Under the pieces are notes generated by a model. That model did not search any database, was not told the DNA's origin, and saw only the letters and a list, made by a program, of their open reading frames with translations. The translations under genes were made by a program, and so were the position numbers. This document shows positions 38,616 to 48,584 of a DNA stretch of 64,000 bases, piece after piece. The stretch spans positions 5,597,888 through 5,661,887 of the forward strand of contig OZ250169.1 in the NCBI GenBank assembly GCA_965237955.1, in the 5' to 3' direction. Position 1 is the stretch's first letter. Every line of letters begins with the position of its first letter. Source of the DNA: Candidatus Marinacidobacterales bacterium (lineage in GTDB: Bacteria; Acidobacteriota; Vicinamibacteria; Marinacidobacterales; SMYC01).

Positions 38616-40249
38616 GCTGGAACCTCTGGCGCCGTTACCGTATCTCGAAATCGTCCCTGAACATAGGTAGCAAGCGCTCCGAAACCCCACAGGGCGACGA
38701 GCACCGCCGCGACGAACGAGACAAACGGGATCGACTTCGCGACATGAATCAGGAACAAGCCGAGAGCGAGGCGGGCGAGGCCGGCGCTCGCGCTCGTCGG
38801 GGTTCCCAGGATCTCCCGTCCAATGTAGGCCGCGACGTACACCTGCGCAACGTAGAGACCGACGCCGAGGACGAAGAGCGTGGTCATCCCGAGCGGGGCG
38901 CCTACGATGGTGATGGTGACCAGACATCCGGATGCGAGCAGGACGATTGCCGAGACGACCCCGGTGACGAAACTCTTCCCGTAGTCGGGCACGTGCTTCG
39001 TCACGATTTCTTCGGTCGCTTCGGGCGTTATCAGCATCAGGACCGCGCCGAAGATGAAAGCGGCCGTCCAGAAGTAGAAAAACGCCGTGGCCCACGAGAC
39101 GACGGGCCGCTCGTCGTCTTCTTCGGTCTGCTCGAAACGGATGGGTGAGGCTAGATCGGCGCCGGGATCGACGTCGGGCTCGTCCCGACCATAGAACGTC
39201 GCGTCGCCGCCGATCCCTCCATCCGCGCCGATCGTCAGACGCTCGCCCGCCATGAGAGCTGAGCCTTCGACGCGTGCGTGAATCTCGGTCGTCTGGGCGG
39301 CGAGGATGATGTCGCGCGGAACGGGTGCATGGAGAATGACTTCGCGAGCGCCAGCGGTGAAGCTTCCTCCGAGGCTCGCACCGCTCGCGAGGCGAACGAT
39401 CTCGCCTGCGGCCGTGATGTTGCGCTCCACCACGCCCTCGATGTGCAGCCGTTGCGAGCCAGTTCGGACATTGCCTCCCACGCGGCCGGTGATGTCGATG
39501 GTCTTGGCGAAGCCGATGACGTCACCCCTAACCTCGCCGACGACTTCCACCGTGCTGGCGAAGACTATGAGGTCTCCGTCGATGATCCCCTCGATGCGGA
39601 CTTCCTCGGCGGCAATGATGAGGTCGGTCTCGATCACGTGGCCCGCACGAAGTGTGTACACTTCGACGTCGACCTCGATGACCGCCGCTTCCGTGCGTGC
39701 CGGCAAGGCGACGACTCCAGTGATCACCGCGAGGGTTAGACACAACGTCGCCGCGGACCTTCGGAATCGACGCCACGCCCAATGCAGGACGTAGCCGGCA
39801 AGGACGAGCACCGCGAGAAGCACCGCGCCTTGGATGAGCTTCAACAACATATCTGACCACCCTCTCCAGAGAAGACTGCGAATCAAAACGGTCGTGGCAA
39901 CGCTCGTGCTGTCGAGGCCCACGGTCTCCATCCCGTCGACCACGGGGGAGACGTATCGTGTCCACAACGAAGAAACGCCGAGCGTGCCGAAAACGAGGAT
40001 TGCCACCAGGACCCACGAGATGTCGGCGTGGCGCGGGCGAATATGGTCGGGAAGCGCTTCTTCTTCTTGGAGGACGGCGGCGCGGAGAATCTCGGTCTCC
40101 GCTTTCAGCGCTTCGTAGCCAGCGCGGCAGCGCGCGCATTCGATCAAGTGATTTCGAGTGGCGTCTTCGCGATCCCGGGACAGCTCGCCTTCGGCGAGCC
40201 GCAGGATCGTGAGCTCGTCGACATGCTTCACGCCGTCGGATGGACTCAC
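38612..40249 (-). CDS. Anti-sigma factor (zinc-finger anti-sigma domain) fused to a bactofilin-like polymer-forming domain and a C-terminal polytopic membrane domain.
   Basis: N-terminal HLIECARCRAGYE (HxxxCxxC ZAS motif) and a TM helix. This is followed by beta-helical repeats (GEVRGDVIGFAKTIDITGRVGGNVRTGSQRLHIEGVVERNITAAGEIV...) and then 4-5 TM helices. The start overlaps the sigma-factor stop as ATGA. Confidence 0.65.
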   Translation of the reverse strand: MSPSDGVKHVDELTILRLAEGELSRDREDATRNHLIECARCRAGYEALKAETEILRAAVLQEEEALPDHIRPRHADISWVLVAILVFGTLGVSSLWTRYVSPVVDGMETVGLDSTSVATTVLIRSLLWRGWSDMLLKLIQGAVLLAVLVLAGYVLHWAWRRFRRSAATLCLTLAVITGVVALPARTEAAVIEVDVEVYTLRAGHVIETDLIIAAEEVRIEGIIDGDLIVFASTVEVVGEVRGDVIGFAKTIDITGRVGGNVRTGSQRLHIEGVVERNITAAGEIVRLASGASLGGSFTAGAREVILHAPVPRDIILAAQTTEIHARVEGSALMAGERLTIGADGGIGGDATFYGRDEPDVDPGADLASPIRFEQTEEDDERPVVSWATAFFYFWTAAFIFGAVLMLITPEATEEIVTKHVPDYGKSFVTGVVSAIVLLASGCLVTITIVGAPLGMTTLFVLGVGLYVAQVYVAAYIGREILGTPTSASAGLARLALGLFLIHVAKSIPFVSFVAAVLVALWGFGALATYVQGRFRDTVTAPEVPA

Positions 40250-40800
40250 GAGGTCAACCTCTTTCTGAGAGCGCGCCGGGCCCTCAACAACAACACACCG
40301 GTGAAATTGCTCGAAATGCCGAGCACGTCGCCAATCTCCGCGTAGCTCATGTCAGCGAAGTACCGGAGAATGACCGCGAGGCGCGTCCGGTCGTCGAGCT
40401 CGGCGATGGCGCGGCGAATGTTCCGTTTGCTCTCGTTGATGAGCACGGCTTCTTGTGGTGTCGGTGCGTCCGCTTCGAGCCTCGAAAGCTCCGCTTCGGA
40501 GTCGTCGAGCTCGCGGTGGGGGCTCCTCTTTCTGAGCTCGTCCCAGCAGTGGTTTGCCGCGACCCGGTAGAGCCAGGGTGGAAACGGACGAGACGCGTCG
40601 TACTGCGCAAGGCGCATGCGCGCCTTCAGGAAAACTTCGCCAGTGGCATCTTCGGCGTCCGGTCGCGTCGGTAGTGCCCGGCGACAAAGTCGGAATATTG
40701 AAGGTGCCATGGTTTGATAGATTTCTGCCCAAGCTTCGGAATCCCCGTCGCGGGCCTGCTTCGCCAGGCTCGCCAGGTCTTCGTCGGTTGAGATTCCCAC
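40246..40800 (-). CDS. ECF-subfamily RNA polymerase sigma-70 factor.
   Basis: Sigma-2 region (FLKARMRLAQYD...WLYRVAANHCWDELRKR) and a sigma-4 HTH (LRYFADMSYAEIGDVLGIS..NFTGVLLLRARRALR). Confidence 0.8.
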   Translation of the reverse strand: MGISTDEDLASLAKQARDGDSEAWAEIYQTMAPSIFRLCRRALPTRPDAEDATGEVFLKARMRLAQYDASRPFPPWLYRVAANHCWDELRKRSPHRELDDSEAELSRLEADAPTPQEAVLINESKRNIRRAIAELDDRTRLAVILRYFADMSYAEIGDVLGISSNFTGVLLLRARRALRKRLTS

Positions 40801-41116
40801 TATGTACTACGCTCCAGGGACCGGATTATTACAGGGAATGTGGGTCGCAGTTACGACTCCAGGAGTGTGGAATCTCCTCGCGGCTTACGAAAGGCGTTTT
40901 GCGCTTGTTCGGGTTGAAGGGGCGTCACGCCTGGAACGTCGTCCACCAAGGCGGCAGCATCGCCCTCGTGGACGTGACCTTTGCCGAAGACGACGGCCCG
41001 CTCGTCCTCGTGAGGGCACGACGCTCGAAGAGCTCTATCAACGCGCCGCTGGCTTGAATCGTGTTTATTGTCCCAGCCCGGATACGTCGAACCACTATCA
41101 GATACGACGGCCGCCG

Positions 41117-41602
41117 TTAGGCACTTCGGCGTCGGGGCGTGAGCGCGAGCAACATCCGCCCACCTAGCGTTCGCGCGAAGCCGTAGCATTTGTTCACCGG
41201 ATGCTTCCGTCCTAACGACGGGATCAACGGCTTTCGCCGGGGGACGAGATGTTGGAGCTCGCGGCGTAAACGGCGATCGCTCTGATGGACGCGCACGCCC
41301 CGCTTGAGGGCGACGATGGCTTCCCGCCGCCTTCCCTGGGCGGCGAGCGCCCGAGCGAGGTTCAGGTACAAGACACTACATCGCCGTCCATCCCTCTCGA
41401 CGGCTTCTTCACACAAACCGATGCTTTGTTCGTTTCTCCCGTGGGTAAAGGCCAAGAGCAAGCCGTAGTACGAAATGTGAGATGGATCGCGGCTTCCTTC
41501 TTGCACGAGGCGACGCATCGATTTGGTCGCCATCGCCAAGCGGTCGGCGCGATAGTCTTGGAGCGCCTGCTCGAAAATCCGTTCCCGATGCTCAGCATCC
41601 AT
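41117..41602 (-). CDS. Hypothetical protein, possibly TPR-like.
   Basis: Helical, protein-like ORF with no recognised family. Confidence 0.3.
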   Translation of the reverse strand: MDAEHRERIFEQALQDYRADRLAMATKSMRRLVQEGSRDPSHISYYGLLLAFTHGRNEQSIGLCEEAVERDGRRCSVLYLNLARALAAQGRRREAIVALKRGVRVHQSDRRLRRELQHLVPRRKPLIPSLGRKHPVNKCYGFARTLGGRMLLALTPRRRSA

Positions 41603-41797
41603 GGCTTTTCTCTACGGGGGTTTATTCAATTGTTCGGATAACGTAAGACTAAGACGACTCGGGCTCCAGATCAAGTGCCGGAGGTCCTTGACACGAGTGC
41701 GACGAGTGCGGTATTCGTATGCTCCCCAAGGTCGTACCATGCCCGTGCGCGGGCCGGCACGTGGTTATTAGTCAATTTCCATCATAGCGAGGACATC

Positions 41798-42004
41798 ATG
41801 GACCGTGATTCCTTCATACGAGCACTTCAGGGTTGCATCGGAAGCGCGACGGGACGCCATTACCCACATATCGAGTGGACGAAAATGAGCGATCGGGGCC
41901 TGATCGAGTGTGCCGAGCTCGTGCGCGATCTCCTCGAAAAGCGCCTGCGGGCACTCGACCAGATGCTGACGGCGCCAGAGCCGCGCGACGGGAAAATCCA
42001 TTGA
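41798..42004 (+). CDS. Hypothetical small protein.
   Basis: 68-aa helical ORF (MDRDSFIRALQGC...) ending immediately before the PilZ gene. Confidence 0.25.
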   Translation: MDRDSFIRALQGCIGSATGRHYPHIEWTKMSDRGLIECAELVRDLLEKRLRALDQMLTAPEPRDGKIH

Positions 42005-42369
42005 TCAAAAGGCGTTTTCCGCGCGTCTCGCTCAAAGTTCCTCTGTTCATCACTGTGGGCGCAGGTCGTCTCTACGAGAAGGCCGTCGAGATCGAGTGCT
42101 GCGACATCTCGGGCGGCGGTCTGTCGTTCGAGACGCGCCGGGAAATCCCGCTCGACGCGAGATCCAAGATCGTCATGGGGCGCTTGGGCAATCTTCCTTC
42201 CTCGGCGATCATCGAAGGGCGCGTCGCCTATCGGCGCAAACAGGCGGGGACGGACCGATATACGATCGGGGTCGAGTTTCTAGACTTCGTCAACACGAGC
42301 CGGGAGGAGCTGCTCGAGCGCATCCAGTCGTGGCAGGACGACGACGCGCCCACGCTGAACCGTTCTTAG
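42001..42369 (+). CDS. PilZ-domain protein.
   Basis: RRFPRVSL ... CDISGGGLSF matches the RxxxR / DxSxxG c-di-GMP-binding signature. The proposed TTG start overlaps the upstream stop, and the long ATG-initiated ORF from 41833 overlaps the upstream gene. Confidence 0.55.
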   Translation: MIKRRFPRVSLKVPLFITVGAGRLYEKAVEIECCDISGGGLSFETRREIPLDARSKIVMGRLGNLPSSAIIEGRVAYRRKQAGTDRYTIGVEFLDFVNTSREELLERIQSWQDDDAPTLNRS

Positions 42370-42409
42370 GGCCCTTGGCTCGCGTGGGCTGCGATATTAT
42401 GCATCCACG

Positions 42410-43642
42410 ATGAAGAAGCTCCTTCTTGCGTTCGTGGCAATCTTGCTTGGGGCGGGTCTCTACTTCGGGGCGCGCTCCGTCGATCGCATGGCCGTCAACT
42501 ACCTGACCGGACAGCGCCGTGTTGCGGGAGAAGGATTCTGGGGTGAACAGATTCCCGCCGACGGTCCGGTTCCCGGGTACGCTTTTCTCGGGTTCACCCG
42601 TCCTTCAGAGGATCCGCCCGGGCTCCGCATCGTGCGTCTTTGGGAGATGGCGCGTGAGCTCGGTCTCACTCGCGGCGATGTCGTCACCGCTGTCAACGGC
42701 GAGACCTTCAACTCGGCGCAAGAGCTCATGGGCCACCTCGTGCAAAACTACACGGCTGGCGAGTCGGTTTCGGTCACGGCGGTGACCCCTGGGGAGAAGC
42801 CGCGCACGATGTCCATGCGGTTGCGCGCGTTCGTGCGCCACCCGGGCGATCTCGAGCTTCCTTACGAAGAGGTGGAGATCCAATCCGACAGCGGCTACCT
42901 GCTGCGTGGTTGGTTCGTTCCGCCTCCAGAGCGCAGCGACGGGCGCGTCGGCATTTTCGTCCACGGTGCGAACTCGTCGAGGTTTCAAGCACTCGAAAAC
43001 GGTGCCAAGTACTGGTATCACCGCGGGTATGGTTTGCTGATGATGGATTTGAGTGGGCGGGGCGCGAGCGAAGGTGACTACATCACCTACACGGTCAACG
43101 AGCGCCACGACGTGACCGCGATGTTACGCTGGGGTCGCACCCATCCCGGAATCGATCCCCGGCGTGTGGTCGTGTTCGGGACGTCGAACGGTGCGGCGGC
43201 GGCCATCTATGCGGCCGTGGACGACGATGAGCTGCCCGCGCTTGCACTCGATACTCCGTTTGGAGATCTTTGGGATGCGGCCGGCAGCATGTTGAGCTCG
43301 CGGGGCGGCCACGCGGTGCTGCGGTATCCGCTTTTTCTCGCCGTACGGTGGCGGACCGGTATCGATCTCACCGATGTGCGTCCGGCGGAGGTCATCACCG
43401 ACGTCAAAGCTCCGGTGCTGTTCGTCCATGGAGACGCCGATCGCCAAGTGCCACTCACGCATTCCGAGACCATGCATCAAGCTCGCCGCCATGCCGGACT
43501 CGCGAGCGAGCTCTGGGTGCTTCCCGGCGGTGAGCATGGCTTCGACAACTACCCGCCGGAAGGGATTTTTTGGAATCGAATCTTGGACTTTTTCGACCGG
43601 GCGCTCGGGGGACCTCCTCCCGCGTGGGACCTGTCATCGTAG
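42410..43642 (+). CDS. PDZ-domain-containing alpha/beta hydrolase of the prolyl-oligopeptidase / dienelactone-hydrolase type.
   Basis: Signal/anchor, then a PDZ-like region (GLTRGDVVTAVNGETFNSAQEL), then an alpha/beta-hydrolase domain with nucleophile elbow GTSNGAAAA and the HGDADRQVP/GGEHGF triad region. Confidence 0.65.
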   Translation: MKKLLLAFVAILLGAGLYFGARSVDRMAVNYLTGQRRVAGEGFWGEQIPADGPVPGYAFLGFTRPSEDPPGLRIVRLWEMARELGLTRGDVVTAVNGETFNSAQELMGHLVQNYTAGESVSVTAVTPGEKPRTMSMRLRAFVRHPGDLELPYEEVEIQSDSGYLLRGWFVPPPERSDGRVGIFVHGANSSRFQALENGAKYWYHRGYGLLMMDLSGRGASEGDYITYTVNERHDVTAMLRWGRTHPGIDPRRVVVFGTSNGAAAAIYAAVDDDELPALALDTPFGDLWDAAGSMLSSRGGHAVLRYPLFLAVRWRTGIDLTDVRPAEVITDVKAPVLFVHGDADRQVPLTHSETMHQARRHAGLASELWVLPGGEHGFDNYPPEGIFWNRILDFFDRALGGPPPAWDLSS

Positions 43643-43650
43643 AATCGAGC

Positions 43651-44379
43651 ATGGCCCTCAAAGATCTTCTCACCTCCGAAGGACGCCTCAAGTTCCGCAT
43701 TCACAGGAGCACGAAGACGCTCCTCGAGCGCTACGCTCAGCACGAAGCCCGCATGGAAGCCGCAGACAAGCTGCGGGAGATCGGAACACCCGATGCGATC
43801 TTCGGCCTCGCGCGCCGCTTCTCCGCGACCGCGGAAAACCTCGGGACCGATCAAGAAGAAAAAAAGCGCATTCAGACCGTGCTCGTCGCGTTCGGCGACA
43901 AAGCCATCGAGCCGGTGAAGAAGTACATCCTCAACTACGACAAAGTGACCTGGGCCATCGACGCATTGAAGGAGCTTCAAGCCACTGAGGAAATCGAGCT
44001 CGTTCCGTTTCTCTTCGAAGTGCTGGCTGAGGGGGATCCGGTTCGTATCCGTGGCGAGAAGGCCCATCAGATTCTGAAGGCTCTCGAGACCCTCGGCGAT
44101 CCAGACATCGTCGAAGGCGTTATCCCGTGCTTGTCGAGCCCCGACGATACCGTGCGCATCGCTGCCGTGGAATGCCTCGAGGTGTATGCGGACGAGAGAG
44201 CGCGCGAGCCGCTCCTCGAGACGCTCGTGAGGCCCGAGGAAGACTCGATGCGGGTGAGGACGAAGATCGGCGAAGCGCTCGAAAAGATGAACTGGGACGT
44301 CAAAGGGTACCGCAAGAAAGTGGAGAGCGCGTTGCCTGAACAGTTTCGCGTGACTTCTAAAGGACGCGTCACCCGATAG
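43651..44379 (+). CDS. HEAT-repeat (PBS-lyase-like) protein.
   Basis: Repeated helical hairpins (DAIFGLARRF..., VIPCLSSPDDTVRIAAVECL...). The start is assigned to MALKDLL. Confidence 0.55.
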   Translation: MALKDLLTSEGRLKFRIHRSTKTLLERYAQHEARMEAADKLREIGTPDAIFGLARRFSATAENLGTDQEEKKRIQTVLVAFGDKAIEPVKKYILNYDKVTWAIDALKELQATEEIELVPFLFEVLAEGDPVRIRGEKAHQILKALETLGDPDIVEGVIPCLSSPDDTVRIAAVECLEVYADERAREPLLETLVRPEEDSMRVRTKIGEALEKMNWDVKGYRKKVESALPEQFRVTSKGRVTR

Positions 44380-44394
44380 CGTGGATATTTCCGC

Positions 44395-45833
44395 GTGAAC
44401 ATTCCCGTCTCGACGGTTCTAGTCCTCCTTGTTTATCTCGCCGCGGTAACCGCCTTCGGCTCGTACCTGGGCCGCCGGCGTAAATCCGTCGACGATTATT
44501 TTCTCGCCGAGCGGAGCGTTCCCTGGTGGGCGATTGCTGCCTGCGTCGTCGCCACCGAAACGAGCGTTCTAACGTTCACGAGTGTTCCCGGGTTTTCCTA
44601 CACCGGGACTGGTCGTTCCTGCAACTCGCGATCGGCTACGTTTTTGGACGGATGCTCATCGCTTTAGTTTTGATCCCGGCGTATTTCAAGGGTCAGGTTT
44701 TCACCTCGTACGAGCTTCTCAAAAATCGCTTTGGCCAGTCGGTTCGAAGTGTAGCTGCAGCGGTCTTTCTCGTGTACCGCACTCTTGCTGACGGCGTTCG
44801 CCTCCATGCCGCCGCACTCGTTGTGGCGATTGCGATCGGAGTGCCCGAGATCTATTGCATCCTCGTCCTTGCGGCGGTGATGATCGTCTACACGGAAGAG
44901 GGTGGGGTCAAGGCCACGATTTGGACGGACGCGATCCAGATGTTCGTATACGTTGCAGGTGCGTTCGTCGTGCTTGCCGCGATGATACGCGTCATTCCTG
45001 ACGGCTCTGTCAGCGCCGCGCTTGCGGCGGCCGCAGACGTGGACAAGCTTCGCGTGATTGTGCCGTCGTTCGATTTGAGCGTGACCTATACCCTGGGTGC
45101 GGGCGTCATCGGCGGGATGTTCCTGACGTTGGCGACGCACGGAACGGATCACTATCTCGTGCAGCGGCTCCTGGTCGCGCGGAGCGCACGGGAAGCGAGC
45201 GTCGGGCTTGTGCTGTCGGGATTCCTGGTGATGGCGCAGTTCGTTTTGTTCTTGTTCATCGGCACATTATTGTGGAGCTACTACGAAGGCAGAGAGTTCG
45301 CACGCGGGGACGACATCTTGCCGACGTTCATCGCCGCCGAGCTCTCCGGACCGCTACTGGGGTTTATCCTCGCGGCGGTGGTGGCGGCCGCGTTATCGCC
45401 GTCTTTGAACAGCCTCGCGTCGACGACGCTCAAAGACTTCTACATTCCCTTCGTCGAGGCGACATCAGATGGGATTTCGGATCGCCGGCAGATTCAGCTC
45501 GGGCGGGTATTCACCGTGTTCTGGGGCGGGTTGCAGACGGTGGTGGCGATCTTCGCCCAACGCGCGGACTCGGCGCTCGAGGCGGGGCTCGCGGCGTTGT
45601 CGTTCGCCTCGGGACCGACAGTCGGTGCGTTCCTTCTCGCGGTGTTGAACCGGCGGGCTTCGTCGTTCGGCGCGCTCATCGGAATGCTGTCAGGGCTCGC
45701 AGCACCGTTTGTCGCGAACCAGATAACACCGGTCGCGTGGACATGGAACGTGTTCATGGGAGCCGTGACCACGTTCGCGGTCGGGAGCCTGCTAAGCCTG
45801 CTAAGCCTGTCCAGCGTTCAAACTTCGAAGTAG
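44395..45833 (+). pseudogene. Sodium:solute symporter (SSF) family transporter with a -1 frameshift in a G-run near 44603 (pseudogene or homopolymer sequencing error).
   Basis: The N-terminal ORF 44395..44667 (DYFLAERSVPWWAIAACVVATETSVLTFTSVPGFSYTG) is classic SSF. The body continues in another frame from DWSFLQLAIGYVFGRML... (ORF 44526..45833). The expected ...YTGDWSF... would need GGGG where GGG is observed. Confidence 0.6.
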
Positions 45834-46016
45834 GGAAGGACCTCTTCGCCGAGTAGCCGGATCGCATCGCCTTCGTTGACGCCATGCGGGGTTCCTAGCA
45901 GCACGAGTTGGCTGCTGTTGCGCAGATCGAACCGTCGCCGACACTCATGCCGCAAACGGACCGGCCGCCGATCTCCGCGACGGTGACGCGAAGGTCATAG
46001 AGTGAAAAGGTGTCAC

Positions 46017-46796
46017 TCATGGTCGACAAAACGCCATCAGGTGCCATCCGAGAGGACGGACCCAGGAGCGTGGCAGCGTGTTGAACGTGCCGACGAAGAG
46101 GTTGTTGAACGCGAACCCCTTCCATCCTCTGTGTAGTCGAGATTTGACCGGAAAACGCTCAGGCGCGATGCGCACGTCGCTGAACTCCGAAAGAAGAGCG
46201 CGGTATTCAGCGATGGAGTATTTCTTCAGCACCGGGGCGTCTTCGTGCTCGAGCTCGACGTGCATCAGCCTTGATAGCCCGTTCAACCACGAGATGCGGT
46301 TGTAGACCATGAAGATGGCGACGCCATCGGGTCGCAGCACCCGGCGGCATTCAGAGACCATCTTTTGCGGCTCGGCCGTGTATTGAAGGACTCCGTGGCC
46401 GTAGACGACGTCGAACGCGTCGTCCTCGAACGGCATGTCTTCACCGTTGGCCAGCTCGAGCCGCATGGTGACCTCCGCTTGACGAGCGTTTTTCTCCGCG
46501 AGCTCGAGCGCCGTCTCCGAGAGGTCCACGCCCGTTACCTCCGCGCCGCCTTTGGCAAAGCGAACGAGATCGGTGCCGATGCCGCAGCCGAGTTCGAGCA
46601 GCTTCTTGCCGGCGTAGCCGTCGAAAGCGACGACGTTCGGCAGGTAGCGGAGCTTGTCGAATCGATACTCATCGAGATCGGCAAAGAACTCCGCCGTCCC
46701 CGGAGCATGTTCGGTTATCTTCAGGTCGTGGATGCGCTCGTTCCAATAAGTTTGAACGCGTCCAAGTAGGCTCTGCGCGTCGACAGCGTTCTCCAT
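46017..46796 (-). CDS. Class I SAM-dependent methyltransferase (type 11).
   Basis: LLELGCGIGTD motif I, and the downstream VVYGHGVLQY / LRPDGVAIF motifs. Confidence 0.7.
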   Translation of the reverse strand: MENAVDAQSLLGRVQTYWNERIHDLKITEHAPGTAEFFADLDEYRFDKLRYLPNVVAFDGYAGKKLLELGCGIGTDLVRFAKGGAEVTGVDLSETALELAEKNARQAEVTMRLELANGEDMPFEDDAFDVVYGHGVLQYTAEPQKMVSECRRVLRPDGVAIFMVYNRISWLNGLSRLMHVELEHEDAPVLKKYSIAEYRALLSEFSDVRIAPERFPVKSRLHRGWKGFAFNNLFVGTFNTLPRSWVRPLGWHLMAFCRP

Positions 46797-46834
46797 CTCG
46801 TATCGTGTCAGTGTCAGTGACCGGCTATTATAGT

Positions 46835-48553
46835 ATGCCGATGAGAAGAGACATCGCCGCGCTTGCGGACCGCGAGTTCGATCTCGTGGTAATAGGCGCC
46901 GGTGTCTATGGCGCTGCCATCGCATGGGACGCGTCTCTCCGTGGATTATCCGTCGCCCTCATCGACAAGGCGGACTTCGGAAGCGGCACATCATTCAACA
47001 ACCTGAAGACGATCCACGGCGGCATCCGCTACCTCCAGCATGCGGATTTCAAGCGTATGCGGGAGTCGGTGCGAGAGCGGCGCAACTTGATGCGCATCGC
47101 GCCGCACCTCGTCCATCCACTTCCGTTTCTCGTTCCCACGTATCGAGGGAGCATCATGAAGAGCCGTACAGCGATGCGGGTCGCACTCTTCGTCAACGAT
47201 CTCGTGAGTTGGGATAGAAACCGTATCCATGATCGGCAAAAACATCTCCCTGCGGGGAAAACGCTGACCCGCGATGGTTGTCTCGAGCTTGCTCCCGGCA
47301 TCGAATCCGAGAACTTGACCGGCGGCGTCCTCTGGCACGACGCGCAGATGCACAACTCGGACCGCCTGACCCTGTCGTTCGTGCTCTCCGCGGCCGAGGA
47401 AGGCGCGGTCGTGGCGAACTTCGTCGAGGCCACGGATTTACTCCGTGACCGCACCCGTGTCGCCGGAGTAGGAGCGCGCGATGTAGTCGCGGGAACGGAA
47501 GGGCTCGAGATACGTGGCAAGCTCGTCGTGAACGCCTCGGGTCCTTGGGTCGATAGCCTCACTGGCCTCAACAGTACGAAACGCTTGTTCCATTTTTCGA
47601 AAGCGATGAACCTGGTGACGCGGCCCGTTGTGCGCGACGTGGCGATCGGTGTCGTAAGCCGCCGGCCCCACCGCGATCGGGACGCCGTCATCGACACCGG
47701 TGGTCGTTTTCTGTGCCTCATACCTTGGCGCGACGTGACGCTCGTCGGGACGGCACACGCGCGCTATGCGGGCACCGCAGACGATCTCGAAGCGACCGAG
47801 GAAGATATTCGCGATCTTCTCGACGACGTCAACGACGCGTATCCGCAGGCACAGCTCAGCCGTGAGGACGTGCGTCTCGTGCATCGCGGTCTGCTGCCGA
47901 TGGTGTCGGGAGCTAGAAACGGCTCCGGTGTGACCCTCGTCAAGAGCTACCAGCTCGACGATTCCGTCGAGGGGCTCTTGTCGATCGTCGGCGTCAAGTA
48001 CACGACGGCGCGCGATGTCGCGGCGAAAGTCGTCGATCGTGCCCTCGCGCTCATGCGAAAGACGCACGTTGCGTCACGCTCAGGCAACACACCCGTAATA
48101 GGCGGTGACATCGAGAGCTTCGACGATTTCGTCGCGAGCGTCGAGGGTGACGTGCCAGACGACGTGGCGCGACATCTCGCCTATACGTACGGGACGCGCT
48201 ATCGCGAAATCCTGGAGGGAGCCCTCAGCCCGAGCGCAGAGGGAGCCGAAGGCGAGTCTCGGAGCGAGAAGCCGTGGGGGTTGGGCCCCGCGGCATTCAA
48301 GGATGCCCGGGAGCGCGTCGTCGAGGGAAGCCCCGTCCTCGCGGCCGAAGTGCGCCACGCGGTGCGCGAGGAGATGGCCACGGACCTCGCATCCGTCGTG
48401 CTCCGGCGCACCGAGCTGGGAACGGCGGGCCATCCGGGCGCGGAATGCCTCGAGGCGTGTGCTGCGATTGTTCAGTCCGAGCTCGGCTGGAGCGACCAGC
48501 GCAAGCAGGAGGAGATCGATTCCGTCGAAGAGTTCTACCGCCGAAGAACCTAA
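46835..48553 (+). CDS. glpD: FAD-dependent glycerol-3-phosphate dehydrogenase.
   Basis: FDLVVIGAGVYGAAIAWDASLRGLSVALIDKADFGSGTSFNNLKTIHGGIRYLQH is the GlpD/GlpA N-terminal signature. The C-terminal alpha-helical domain is present. The exact start is uncertain (46805, 46835 or 46841). Confidence 0.8.
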   Translation: MPMRRDIAALADREFDLVVIGAGVYGAAIAWDASLRGLSVALIDKADFGSGTSFNNLKTIHGGIRYLQHADFKRMRESVRERRNLMRIAPHLVHPLPFLVPTYRGSIMKSRTAMRVALFVNDLVSWDRNRIHDRQKHLPAGKTLTRDGCLELAPGIESENLTGGVLWHDAQMHNSDRLTLSFVLSAAEEGAVVANFVEATDLLRDRTRVAGVGARDVVAGTEGLEIRGKLVVNASGPWVDSLTGLNSTKRLFHFSKAMNLVTRPVVRDVAIGVVSRRPHRDRDAVIDTGGRFLCLIPWRDVTLVGTAHARYAGTADDLEATEEDIRDLLDDVNDAYPQAQLSREDVRLVHRGLLPMVSGARNGSGVTLVKSYQLDDSVEGLLSIVGVKYTTARDVAAKVVDRALALMRKTHVASRSGNTPVIGGDIESFDDFVASVEGDVPDDVARHLAYTYGTRYREILEGALSPSAEGAEGESRSEKPWGLGPAAFKDARERVVEGSPVLAAEVRHAVREEMATDLASVVLRRTELGTAGHPGAECLEACAAIVQSELGWSDQRKQEEIDSVEEFYRRRT

Positions 48554-48584
48554 GCTAGGGGCCTTCGCGAGCCTTTGGCAGGCG

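Noticed and set aside
41833-42000. The long ATG-initiated N-terminal extension of the PilZ ORF.
   Set aside because: The extension overlaps a more protein-like small ORF (41798..42004) in another frame, and it is Arg/Pro/Ala-rich off-frame-type sequence. PilZ domains are typically ~110-120 aa, which matches a TTG start at 42001.
45895-46125. A 76-aa ORF overlapping the methyltransferase 3' end, considered as a possible frameshifted C-terminus.
   Set aside because: The methyltransferase is already full length (~260 aa) in its own frame, and the overlapping ORF has no recognisable motifs.
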